A DNA stretch of 64,000 bases from an uncultured SAR86 cluster bacterium (GTDB lineage: Bacteria; Pseudomonadota; Gammaproteobacteria; Magnimaribacterales; D2472), in contig CACKEY010000002.1 of assembly GCA_902599315.1 (NCBI GenBank), positions 70,299 to 134,298 on the forward strand, read 5' to 3'. Every line of letters begins with the position of its first letter. Positions within the stretch are counted from its first letter, which is position 1. Position numbers and translations under genes: made by a program. The notes under the pieces were generated by a model that saw only the letters and a program-made list of their open reading frames with translations, had not been told where the DNA came from and ran no database searches. Below are positions 27,913 to 37,437 of the stretch, piece by piece.

Positions 27913-29940
27913 TCAGCTAATTAAAGAAATGTCTTCTTTTGTCAGCAAATCTTTGTCAAGGGCTTCTAAAAGTGGTTTTAAGTTTTTGGCATATGGCTTC
28001 CAGCGACCCATGCCAGATTTATTAATAGGCTGTCTTACTTGCTCAGAGCTTGCAGTTCTTACAGATCTATCAGTCTCGTAAAATGAAATACATTCCTCTT
28101 CGAAGGGTAGGCCCAGAAAATCAAGCATTCTTTTAACCTGACCATCAAGATCTTCAATGACGTCCTCATTATTTACTCTTAAGATTTTATTAGGCAAAAC
28201 CGTATCCCAATGATTCATAAGCTCGACGTAATTTTTATAATAATTTCCTGCCTCATCAAGACCATAAGTAAACTCTTGGCCTTGAGCAAATAATTGTTTG
28301 AACATGCTGAAACAACAGTCTAGTGGGTATCTTCTTGCATCAATAATCTTTGCATTTGGCATAATCAAATGAATTAAGCCGATGTGTCTAAAATTATTTG
28401 GCATTTTATCAGTGAACATGGGCGCATCCTTTCTATGCATCCTGGTTTCATCTATATATTTCTTTCCAAGAGACCTTCTCTGTTCTTGAGTAAGTGATGT
28501 CATGCTTTTAGGATAATTTCCTAATTTTCCGTAAATGTCGTCCCCTCTTAAACTTTGGGCAATTGAAAGAATGTTTGGGAGTTCAAGAGTTCCATCAATC
28601 ATTGAATGGGATGCCAAAATTTGCTCAATAAGTGTTGAACCCGCTCTAGGTAAACCTAAAATAAATATAGGATCTTTTGTCTCATAACCTCCACTTCCCA
28701 GTTTCTTAAAAAAAGCTTCATCACATACATCTATTTGAGCTTGAAGCTCTTCATCCATTCTTTCAATAGAATACTGACTTTGATCATTCTTGATTTTATT
28801 ACCCTTTTCAAGATGAAAAAAAGCTTCATCAAACTCGCCTATTGATTCACAAGCTTGTGCAAGGGCAAAATGAAAATATGCCTTATCTCTCAAAGCTAAA
28901 TCAATTCTCTTTACCTGTTCTCTCATTGCATTTAGCTCATCTGAATTAAAGGAATAGGTTTTTAAATTTGCAAGTGAAAAGAAAGCCTCGCCATGATCTG
29001 GTTTTATTTTATAAGCAGATTGATAGCTTTGAATTGCTTGATCTGTTTGTCCAAGTGTCTTTTGAGCATGGCCCTTTGAAGTAAATGTACTAAAATTGTA
29101 TGGATTCTTTTGCAATATGTTATCCAGTAGCTTTATAGCCTCTTTATGATCCCCATTCTGCATTATTTCACTAGCCTTTTGAGCTTGATATGAGTGATTG
29201 TCTGGAAACTGGTCACATAGAATATTTACTTGCTCCATTGTCTCTGCAAATTTTTGTTTTTTTCTTAAAATCGTTGCATATTTCATTCTCAGATCACCAT
29301 CATTAGGCTCAAACTCTACTGCCTTTTCAAGTAAAAACTCAGCATCATCAAAATAACCCAAACGATTTGCGATTTCAGATAAAAGAGACATCGCATAAGT
29401 GTGGGTTGGATTCTTTTTAAGAAATGCTCTGCATTGCCTTTCAGCCATACCAAGTCTACCCTCGTTCATGATTTGATCAATGTAAAGCAAAGCTGATGGC
29501 AAAGATTGAAGTTTTTCAATTTGCTCACGAGCATGATCTGCTGCTGGTTGATTGTTTTTTTTTGTGAAATATTTATAAAGCGAGCTCCAAGAGGCTAATA
29601 ATGCAGGATTAAGTTCACAGGCTTGTCTGTAGTGAATAACTGACTTAGTTTCATCTCCCATATCTCTATAGATGTGTCCCAATTCCTGATATGCCCTTCC
29701 CATGTCAGGAGCGATGATCATTAGTTGCTCAATATATTTTTTTGAATCATCGAATTTTTTTAAATATCTCGATGACACCGATGCTAGATATAAACTATCT
29801 ATGTGGTTTGGGTCTTCTTTAAGGATTATTTCGAAAAGCCCAAGTGCATCTTTAAATCTATTTTCTTTTACAGCCTGTCTAGCCTCACTTAGATCTACCG
29901 AAAGAGAAGCATCGTCTGAATTAAATTCTTTTGTATTCAT
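27913..29940 (-). CDS. TPR-repeat protein fused to a sulfotransferase domain
   Basis: About 400 aa of TPR-like repeats followed by FILGLPRAGSTLIEQILASH (PAPS 5'-PSB loop) and a later sulfotransferase-like region. Confidence 0.8.
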   Translation of the reverse strand: MNTKEFNSDDASLSVDLSEARQAVKENRFKDALGLFEIILKEDPNHIDSLYLASVSSRYLKKFDDSKKYIEQLMIIAPDMGRAYQELGHIYRDMGDETKSVIHYRQACELNPALLASWSSLYKYFTKKNNQPAADHAREQIEKLQSLPSALLYIDQIMNEGRLGMAERQCRAFLKKNPTHTYAMSLLSEIANRLGYFDDAEFLLEKAVEFEPNDGDLRMKYATILRKKQKFAETMEQVNILCDQFPDNHSYQAQKASEIMQNGDHKEAIKLLDNILQKNPYNFSTFTSKGHAQKTLGQTDQAIQSYQSAYKIKPDHGEAFFSLANLKTYSFNSDELNAMREQVKRIDLALRDKAYFHFALAQACESIGEFDEAFFHLEKGNKIKNDQSQYSIERMDEELQAQIDVCDEAFFKKLGSGGYETKDPIFILGLPRAGSTLIEQILASHSMIDGTLELPNILSIAQSLRGDDIYGKLGNYPKSMTSLTQEQRRSLGKKYIDETRMHRKDAPMFTDKMPNNFRHIGLIHLIMPNAKIIDARRYPLDCCFSMFKQLFAQGQEFTYGLDEAGNYYKNYVELMNHWDTVLPNKILRVNNEDVIEDLDGQVKRMLDFLGLPFEEECISFYETDRSVRTASSEQVRQPINKSGMGRWKPYAKNLKPLLEALDKDLLTKEDISLIS

Positions 29941-29962
29941 TTGAAATTATTTTAACAAAAAT

Positions 29963-29988
29963 AAAAAGGGAGCCTAGGCTCCCTTTTT
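29963..29988 (-). terminator. rho-independent terminator after the TBDR gene
   Basis: A5 - perfect 16-bp palindrome GGGAGCCTAGGCTCCC - T5. It starts 18 nt downstream of the TBDR stop. Confidence 0.7.
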
Positions 29989-30005
29989 AATATTGCTTTT
30001 AAAAA

Positions 30006-32657
30006 TTAAAAGTTGCGCTTAAATCTTACACCAAGTGTTGTTGGTCTGATATAAGTTACACGCATTCTGTCAAAGACATAATTGTTGCTAATCTCACCTC
30101 TTTCATCAGTAACATTATCAATGTAAACCTCTGCTAACCACATATCATTACTGATACCTGCTCTTAGATTTAGATAGCTGTAACTGTCTTGCTTAGCTTT
30201 GTTTGGTTCAATAATATCTGAATAACTTTCATCAGAAAATACAAATTGTCCTTGGAAATGACCCATATTTCCGCCACTCATAGACCACTCTTTCCTTGCA
30301 GCGACATTGCCTTGCATGCCTGGAGCAAAAGCTAGCTCTTTTCCAGCAACAACATCTCCTGAAGAAGTAAGAGTTTTTGTAATTTCAGTATCTAAAAGTG
30401 AAAAAGCACCTGAAATCATCCAACCATCGAGATTAGGATAATATACAAAATCTCCCTCTACTCCTGTAATTTCTGCATCGGCAGCATTATCTGAGAAGAA
30501 CAAATTAGTTATGCTTGGATCAAGAATTGAGGTTTGTAAGCCCTCAATATCGACCATAAACACACTTCCATTAAATCTTAGCTGGCCATCGCTAGATATA
30601 GATTTCATACCAAACTCATAATTGGTTACTTCATCTGATTCTGTAATGAATGGAACCGTATAACTGCCATCTCCTGTGGAGTCCCCACCAGGACGATTTA
30701 AAAGACCAGGTCTAAAACCTTCTGACATAGTTACGTAATACATGAGATCCTCAGATGGATTCCATGAATAGGTTACTTTTCCGATGGTTCCATCAGTCTC
30801 TGCCTTATCAGGATGGTCCATTGCATCCAGTGCTGGGTTACCTGAATTTCCTCCAGGTCCATTGTATTTATTTGATAAGTTCGTTCCATATCTTTGACGG
30901 TCATTATGATCAGCTCCTGCGGGAATGAAACCAGTGGAGAATGAAGAGTTAGCACTTCCTTCTAAATCTACTTCGATATCATAATAACGTAATCCAAGTG
31001 TCAACTCTGATGTCTCTGTAACATCGATACTCAGTTCACCAAAATATCCTAGCTGCTTATCGGTTCTTTTAATATCATTTATGAACATCACTGGAGGAGA
31101 ATAAGGGCCTCTTCCTGAATGCCAGCCTGCACCAGCCCAAGAGGAAGATCCTGTGAGTGGAACACCTGTGACCGAAGTATCAGTCAAGACGTAATTAAGT
31201 CCATAGCCTATATCACTTACAAGAGCACCAGGATAAGTAAACATATTGTGCTCTGTAAGCTCTAGGTCACTCATAAATACACCTGCTGTTAAACTCATGG
31301 TATCGCTTAGAGGAGCATTGATTCTTAGCTCGTGTGTTTGGACCTCAGAATCTACCAATGAATCAACATACAAGTCAGCAGTTCCACAATCACCAGTTGG
31401 AACATTTCCAGGAGCAAAAGTAGTATAAGTTACGTAGTAATCACAGATGTAATATGGTAAATACTTGCCGACAAAAAGATAATCTGTGTAATCAATTCTT
31501 TGATCAGAGCTTCTATCAGTATATGCACCAGCATATACAACTTCTAAATCACCAATTGAACCTTCAAGAGTTAAGCTGACGTTGTCAAACTCATCTTCGA
31601 TATGATCATCATGATATCTATTAACCTCTAAGTCACCTAATGTAGGATCTGCAAAGAAGACACCATCTGATTCAATAGTTTGAGTCGAAACTGAAAGTAG
31701 AGCGTCCCAGTTATCATTTAGTTCAGATTTAATGCTTGCTCTGAAACCCTCGTAAGTTGTTGTATTAACATCATCTTCAACAATTGCATCAACGCTTGGG
31801 ATATTAACATTCGATAAATCAGCATTTGCTCTCCAACCATCTCTACCTTGACTGACTGGAAGACCATTAGATCTTACAGTTCCAGCTGGTCGCCATGCAG
31901 CAGAGTCATATGCGCTAACAGAGCCTGCAACTTGATCAATGTATCCACCTCTTCTGTCTCTGTAAGCAACAAATCTTAGTGCTGATGTATCACTTAAAGG
32001 TACGTTTGTCATAAATTCAACTTTAGAACCCATGTCACCCTCAGGCATGTATCTTGATTCAACTTCTAAGCTGCTTGCTGATTCACCTATAACTGGTTTA
32101 TTAGTTATCATTCTGACAACACCAGCCTGTGAGCTAGCGCCAAATAAAGTTCCTTGGGGTCCAGACAGAACCTCAATACGATTAACATCCGCTGCGTAAA
32201 CATCTAAGTTTCTTCCAGGATAAGCTAGGGGTTGCTCATCGAGATAGAAAGACACGTTTGGAGCTAAACCTCCCACACCGGCTGTTGTTAAATTGGGGGT
32301 AGTGGAAGCAAGACCTCTTATATAAATGGTGCTTTGCCCTGGACCAGAGCCACCAGCAGTAACTCCAGGTAACTGCAGTAAATAATCTTCAAAGACATTA
32401 ATGCCTTTTTCTTCAAGTGTCTCTTCACCTAAAGCGTTTACAGTAAGAGGGACATCTTGCAAACTCTCACTTTTCTTTCTTGAAGTAACCACAACTTCTT
32501 CGATGGTGGCCTGAGTTTGTGCTGAAATGTAACCGCTGTATGCAGAAGCATTTATAATGGCTAAAGTAGAAATAGCAGAAAGAATTTTTCCACCAAAATT
32601 TTCAAAAAACTTACTTTCGTATGCTTTATTCGTTATTTTTTTAATTATTTTTGACAT
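30006..32657 (-). CDS. TonB-dependent outer-membrane receptor
   Basis: Strong GGAGGA RBS before the ATG at 32657. Plug motifs (IEEVVVTSRKKSESLQDVPLTV, IEVLSGPQGTLFGASSQAGVVR). Barrel ends in KRNF. Confidence 0.9.
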   Translation of the reverse strand: MSKIIKKITNKAYESKFFENFGGKILSAISTLAIINASAYSGYISAQTQATIEEVVVTSRKKSESLQDVPLTVNALGEETLEEKGINVFEDYLLQLPGVTAGGSGPGQSTIYIRGLASTTPNLTTAGVGGLAPNVSFYLDEQPLAYPGRNLDVYAADVNRIEVLSGPQGTLFGASSQAGVVRMITNKPVIGESASSLEVESRYMPEGDMGSKVEFMTNVPLSDTSALRFVAYRDRRGGYIDQVAGSVSAYDSAAWRPAGTVRSNGLPVSQGRDGWRANADLSNVNIPSVDAIVEDDVNTTTYEGFRASIKSELNDNWDALLSVSTQTIESDGVFFADPTLGDLEVNRYHDDHIEDEFDNVSLTLEGSIGDLEVVYAGAYTDRSSDQRIDYTDYLFVGKYLPYYICDYYVTYTTFAPGNVPTGDCGTADLYVDSLVDSEVQTHELRINAPLSDTMSLTAGVFMSDLELTEHNMFTYPGALVSDIGYGLNYVLTDTSVTGVPLTGSSSWAGAGWHSGRGPYSPPVMFINDIKRTDKQLGYFGELSIDVTETSELTLGLRYYDIEVDLEGSANSSFSTGFIPAGADHNDRQRYGTNLSNKYNGPGGNSGNPALDAMDHPDKAETDGTIGKVTYSWNPSEDLMYYVTMSEGFRPGLLNRPGGDSTGDGSYTVPFITESDEVTNYEFGMKSISSDGQLRFNGSVFMVDIEGLQTSILDPSITNLFFSDNAADAEITGVEGDFVYYPNLDGWMISGAFSLLDTEITKTLTSSGDVVAGKELAFAPGMQGNVAARKEWSMSGGNMGHFQGQFVFSDESYSDIIEPNKAKQDSYSYLNLRAGISNDMWLAEVYIDNVTDERGEISNNYVFDRMRVTYIRPTTLGVRFKRNF

Positions 32658-32815
32658 GATTCCTCCCCACAGGATCAATTTTATGAGTTTTCTCTAAAAG
32701 AGATATGTTTTAACCATAACAAATGAAACTCTAAATTTTAAGTAAATATCAAAAAAACACCCTTTATTTTCTAAAATACGTATTTTTCATGCATTTTAAG
32801 TAGACTCTATGCAAA

Positions 32816-34300
32816 ATGTTTAAAAATATTGCTCCAAGACGATTTCTTTTTTCTATAATCCTTATTTTTGGATTTATCGGGCTTACTTTATATAACTTAA
32901 GCGATGCTGATAGGTTGTTTGCAGACATCCAACAACAACTCTCTGACGGCCTAGGATGGCTAATTATTTTATTGGCAAATGGTTTTGTAGTATTTGTTAT
33001 ATATTTGACCCTAAGTAAACATAAAAAAATCATACTTGGGGGACCTGACGCTAAACCAGAATTCTCTAATGTTAACTGGATAGCGATGCTTTTTAGTGCC
33101 GGATTAGGAGTTGGTTTATTATTTTATGGAGTAGCTGAGCCTGTTCTTCACTATAGCTCTAATGTGATCCATCAAGAAGGAGCATCCTTTTCAGATAAAG
33201 CCAACTTATCAATGAACCTTGCCTATCTTCATTGGGGATTTCATGGTTGGGCAATTTATGGAATTGTTGGCTTATGTTTTGCATATTTTACTTACAATAA
33301 AAAATTACCCTTTCGAGTGAGCTCTTTTTTCTCAGGCACGTTTACACAAAATATTTGGGGACGAGTCTCCTTAGATGTTATTGCAATAATCGCTACAATA
33401 TTTGGTATTGCAACCTCGCTAGGCCTGGGAGCAAATCAGATTAACTCCGGGCTTGGTTATATGCAATTACTTGAAGAAAGCTTCATAACTACAGTAGGAA
33501 TTGTTGTAGTCATCACTCTGATGGGTCTAATCAGCGTTGTTTTAGGTTTGAAGGTAGGCATCAAAAGGTTGTCTCAACTGAATATGATTCTATGTGCTAT
33601 TTTGCTCTCAATAATTTTTTTGGGCGGACCAACGAGCTACATATTAGATGGATTGGTTCAAAACTTAGGCTCATACCTACAAAATTTATTGAGTCTATCA
33701 ACAAACACTAACGGTTATTTAGATTCCTCTTGGCAAAATGGCTGGACGCTTTATTATTACTCTTGGTGGTTTGCATGGTCTCCATTTGTAGGATTATTTA
33801 TTGCCAGAATATCTTATGGCAGATCAATTCAAGAATTTTTAATAGGTGCGGTTTTGATTCCTTCCTCAATTGTTTTTCTTTGGATGGGTGTTATGGGCAA
33901 CGCCGCACTTTATCAAGAATTTATAGAACCCACTTCTCTGAGCACAGCAATTAATAATGACATCACCGTATCACTATTTGTCTTTCTTGAAAATTTTCCT
34001 TTTCCGCAAATTTTGATGGGACTTGCAATAGTAATTATATTAACTTTCTTTGTAACTTCCTCTGATTCTGGGGCATTGGTAACCTCTATGTTAACTGCGT
34101 CTAAAAAAGAAAATACTAAAGATGAGCCTCCTATGATTTTAAGAATAATTTGGGCTATATCACTTGGAGTGATTGCAATTGTGCTTCTGGCTGGAGGCGG
34201 AATTGGTGCTTTACAAACCTCAGTAATAGTTACCGGGGTTCCCTTTGCAATACTGGTATCTTTCGCTGCTAAAAGCCTTTTAAAAAGCCTGAATGAATAG
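32816..34300 (+). CDS. BCCT-family (betaine/carnitine/choline-type) transporter
   Basis: NWIAMLFSAGLGVGLLFYGVAEP and WTLYYYSWWFAWSPFVGLFIARIS, which are hallmark BCCT motifs. Confidence 0.85.
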   Translation: MFKNIAPRRFLFSIILIFGFIGLTLYNLSDADRLFADIQQQLSDGLGWLIILLANGFVVFVIYLTLSKHKKIILGGPDAKPEFSNVNWIAMLFSAGLGVGLLFYGVAEPVLHYSSNVIHQEGASFSDKANLSMNLAYLHWGFHGWAIYGIVGLCFAYFTYNKKLPFRVSSFFSGTFTQNIWGRVSLDVIAIIATIFGIATSLGLGANQINSGLGYMQLLEESFITTVGIVVVITLMGLISVVLGLKVGIKRLSQLNMILCAILLSIIFLGGPTSYILDGLVQNLGSYLQNLLSLSTNTNGYLDSSWQNGWTLYYYSWWFAWSPFVGLFIARISYGRSIQEFLIGAVLIPSSIVFLWMGVMGNAALYQEFIEPTSLSTAINNDITVSLFVFLENFPFPQILMGLAIVIILTFFVTSSDSGALVTSMLTASKKENTKDEPPMILRIIWAISLGVIAIVLLAGGGIGALQTSVIVTGVPFAILVSFAAKSLLKSLNE

Positions 34301-34363
34301 GTCCAATTGATATTAAATATTTGGCACGATAATTGCTTTAAATATGGTAATTATGGAGTCAAA

Positions 34364-34468
34364 ATGTTTGAATATGTTAATAACTTAATAAAGTTTTGTA
34401 ATAATTATCCTATCTGGTCGGCAGCCTTTTTTGTTTGTGGGTTTTTAATTGGCGAAGTATATTTTTAA
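34364..34468 (+). CDS. candidate 34-aa membrane micro-protein (not in the ORF track)
   Basis: GGAG lies 7 nt upstream of the ATG. The ORF reads MFEYVNNLIKFCNNYPIWSAAFFVCGFLIGEVYF with one hydrophobic helix. Confidence 0.3.
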   Translation: MFEYVNNLIKFCNNYPIWSAAFFVCGFLIGEVYF

Positions 34469-34580
34469 AGTATTATATATCTTTCAATTACTAAATTTCT
34501 TTAGCATTCTTTACTTTAATCGTCTTAAAAAATCTTTTAAGTTTGCTCATTAATTATAAATTCAGTATAGAATTTATAAG

Positions 34581-34979
34581 ATGGATGATGTTTTAAATAA
34601 TAATAAAGAACTTGCACATAAATTCTTTGATTCTTTAAGCTCTGGTACTCAAGATTATCTAAATTTTTACACAGATGATTCAATAATTTGGACAGCTGGT
34701 GATAATGCGATAGGTGGGACAAGAACTAAAAAAGAGATTGTTGAGTTTGCTCAAGGAATACTCGCGGCATTTCCAAATGGTATAACCTTTAATATTACCG
34801 GGATGACTGCAGAGGCTGATAGAGTTGCGGTTGAAGTAAGTGGCGAATCAATTCACGCATCTGGTCAGTCATATAACAATAAGTATCACTTCTTATTAAT
34901 AATAAGAGATGGAAAAATTATTCAACTCAAAGAGTACATGGATACTCAGTTAGCCGCAAAAATACTTCTAAATGAGTAG
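34581..34979 (+). CDS. SnoaL/NTF2-like (ketosteroid-isomerase-like) protein
   Basis: 132 aa, with cone-fold pattern ending RDGKIIQLKEYMDT. The stop overlaps the next gene by 8 nt. Confidence 0.6.
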   Translation: MDDVLNNNKELAHKFFDSLSSGTQDYLNFYTDDSIIWTAGDNAIGGTRTKKEIVEFAQGILAAFPNGITFNITGMTAEADRVAVEVSGESIHASGQSYNNKYHFLLIIRDGKIIQLKEYMDTQLAAKILLNE

Positions 34980-36222
34980 TTTAATTAGTACCAATAATCC
35001 AATTAATACCGAATCACAAATTCAACATGAATTAGAGGCCCTTGAAATTTATAGCCTCAAGGAGATCCAAGAACAAAAAGAATTAGTGCGTTCATTTTGG
35101 CTCGATCTAGTAAAACCCTCCGAGGTTATGATGAGTTGTTTTGATGATGCATTTGAAGAAGTAATGTTTGGTGCTGTAATTTGGGCACTTAATCAAGATC
35201 CAAACTTTCCAAAAGTTGTGACGATCAGCAGAGTCCCTCATATAATTAATAATCAAAATATTCCTGGTTCTAGATGGGGTATAGATAATCCTGATTCAGT
35301 TTATAGAGTTATTCCAATTGGCGAATCTCAATCATATGTCATTCGAGGAAAACTGGGTAAACAATTATTCAATGAAAATCATTTCACTCTTTGGGATGAG
35401 AATATGAAAACCATCGGTTTAATTTCTGGAAATAACATAAAAGTAGATGGTAAAAATAACTTTGAAATTTTTGTTAATCCAAAAAGTAACGAAGGAGGTA
35501 AAAATCATATTCAAACTACCTCTGGTGCTAAGGAATTTTATATTAGAGACACAATGATTGACTGGCTTAGTGATAGGCCAAATATGCTCGAAATTGAAAT
35601 TTTGGAAGGCTCTAGATCTGGAAAATGTTTTGATAAAAAGAAAAGGTTAGAAACTGTAAAAGCCTACATGCATAAATGGGCTGCAAATACTACAAGATGG
35701 AATCAACAGGCACTATCAAAACCAGTAAATGAGTTTAGTTTTAAAATTGATAGGGATACTGACGGAGCTCTTCGAAATCAAGTGTATCTGCTTGGTCATT
35801 TTGCTTTGCCCTCTTCTGATCACTGTATAAAATTGGATATTAATTTGGATGGTGCAAAGTATTTTATAGCCCCCATTACCAACATATGGGGGACAACAAA
35901 TAATATTGTGACAAAAAATGGGAGTCTTAATAATTCTCAAGCAAAAATCAATCAGGATGGAACCTATACATTTATTTTAAGTGTTAATGATCCAGAAGTT
36001 TTTAATTGGCTTGATCCATCCGGCTTATCTGAGGGTATTTTGACTTTAAGATGGTCAGGTTTTCCCAATGAAATAGTCGGAGAAAATTTGTTTGCAAAAT
36101 CTAAAGTAATACTAATCAGTGATGCCCTTAATGAAATAACTGATGATCATAGAATTTCAAGTGAAGAACGTTTAAATCAATTACAAGAAAGAGAAAAGAG
36201 TTACAGCTGGAGAACTGATTAG
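34972..36222 (+). CDS. protein of unknown function, DUF1214-like
   Basis: GIDNPDSVY, HFTLWDENM and DGTYTFILSVNDPEVFNWLDPSGLSEGILTLRWSGFP resemble DUF1214 beta-sandwich patterns. It is translationally coupled to the upstream gene. Confidence 0.45.
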   Translation: MSSLISTNNPINTESQIQHELEALEIYSLKEIQEQKELVRSFWLDLVKPSEVMMSCFDDAFEEVMFGAVIWALNQDPNFPKVVTISRVPHIINNQNIPGSRWGIDNPDSVYRVIPIGESQSYVIRGKLGKQLFNENHFTLWDENMKTIGLISGNNIKVDGKNNFEIFVNPKSNEGGKNHIQTTSGAKEFYIRDTMIDWLSDRPNMLEIEILEGSRSGKCFDKKKRLETVKAYMHKWAANTTRWNQQALSKPVNEFSFKIDRDTDGALRNQVYLLGHFALPSSDHCIKLDINLDGAKYFIAPITNIWGTTNNIVTKNGSLNNSQAKINQDGTYTFILSVNDPEVFNWLDPSGLSEGILTLRWSGFPNEIVGENLFAKSKVILISDALNEITDDHRISSEERLNQLQEREKSYSWRTD

Positions 36223-36232
36223 TTCTTAAATC

Positions 36233-37096
36233 ATGAATGAGATGAAAAAGACTCCATACATTTGGTTAATTTCTGGCTGTTCATCTGGATTTGGTAGAGA
36301 AATTGCGCTGCAGGCACTGTATGCAGGAGATTTTGTGGGAGTTTCATCTAGAAACGTTAAAGATATAGAGGATATCTGCAAAGAATTTCCTAAAACAGCG
36401 TTGCCAATAAAATTAGATGTCACAAATAAAGATGAAATTGAAGAATCAATTCAGATAGTTAAAAAAGTTTATGGCGGTTTAGATGTCTTGGTAAATAATG
36501 CTGGATATGGTTATCTAGCTGCCATTGAAGAAGGTGAAAATGAAGAAGTAAGAAAGCTTTTTGAAACTAATTTTTTTGGAGCTCTCGAGCTCACAAAAGC
36601 TGCGCTCCCAGGAATGAGGGCGCAAAGATTTGGCAGAATAATAAATAATTCCTCGCAGGCAGGTATTATGGCAAATCCTGGAACCGGTTATTATAGTTCA
36701 TCAAAATATGCTCTAGAGGGTCTCATGGAAGCGTTGGATAAAGAGCTGAGACCACTAAATATTTCAGTTACATCAGTTCAGCCAGGCGCATTTAGAACTG
36801 ATTGGTCCGGCAGATCAATGAAAAGGAGTAATGTTGAAATAGATGACTATAGCGAACATGTCAAACAAAGAATTGACATGATTGGAAATATTGATGGTAA
36901 ACAGCCTGGAGATCCTGTCAGGGCTGCAAAAATTATTTTTGAGCTCTCAAGAGATCCAAATCCACCTGACAAACTTTTGCTGGGTGCTGGAGTTCTTGCT
37001 ACATATAAAGAAAAACTAAGCGCCTTATTGAATCAAATCGATGAATTTGAAGAAACTTCAATAAGTGCAGATTTTCCTAAAATTAATGATAATTAG
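36233..37096 (+). CDS. short-chain dehydrogenase/reductase
   Basis: WLISGCSSGFGREIA, NNAG and YSSSKYAL catalytic motifs. Confidence 0.85.
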   Translation: MNEMKKTPYIWLISGCSSGFGREIALQALYAGDFVGVSSRNVKDIEDICKEFPKTALPIKLDVTNKDEIEESIQIVKKVYGGLDVLVNNAGYGYLAAIEEGENEEVRKLFETNFFGALELTKAALPGMRAQRFGRIINNSSQAGIMANPGTGYYSSSKYALEGLMEALDKELRPLNISVTSVQPGAFRTDWSGRSMKRSNVEIDDYSEHVKQRIDMIGNIDGKQPGDPVRAAKIIFELSRDPNPPDKLLLGAGVLATYKEKLSALLNQIDEFEETSISADFPKINDN

Positions 37097-37184
37097 TTAT
37101 AAATTTTGAAAAAATATGTTTGAATAATGATATGTAAATCAAAGACATTATAGAAATTTTAAATTTAATAAAATCAAGGAAAAA

Positions 37185-37424
37185 ATGGTTAAAGCAGCAA
37201 TAACTCAAAGAATTTTAGAGCATGATAGTTTACTTTTAGCAGGCATTTATACAGTGGGTCATATTTTTATTGCCATGGCCTGCACTCTATTAATTACAGG
37301 AACAACCCTTGATCTTGCCGCAATGGATGCTTTAATCGAGCCAGTAATAAACGGATTTTGGTTTTATTTTTTACATAAATTTTGGAAGAAGATAACGCTC
37401 AAAACTTCTACCGCTGAAGAATAG
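37185..37424 (+). CDS. DUF2061-like small membrane protein
   Basis: Two hydrophobic helices and a terminal FWFYFLHKFW pattern. Confidence 0.45.
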   Translation: MVKAAITQRILEHDSLLLAGIYTVGHIFIAMACTLLITGTTLDLAAMDALIEPVINGFWFYFLHKFWKKITLKTSTAEE

Positions 37425-37437
37425 AGACAAAAAAATT

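Noticed and set aside
34316-34330. Possible att-type direct repeat of the tRNA-Glu 3' end at the left edge of the island-like block (tttggcacgat versus attggcatcccgt)
   Set aside because: Only a 6-bp TTGGCA core matches, which is far too short to support an integration scar. A computational repeat search is needed.
36226-36423. 65-aa minus-strand ORF across the SDR start, and an 86-aa ORF at 38669-38929 across the other SDR start
   Set aside because: Both are antisense to well-supported SDR genes (the Rossmann motif is encoded on the opposite strand), and I recognise no independent support.
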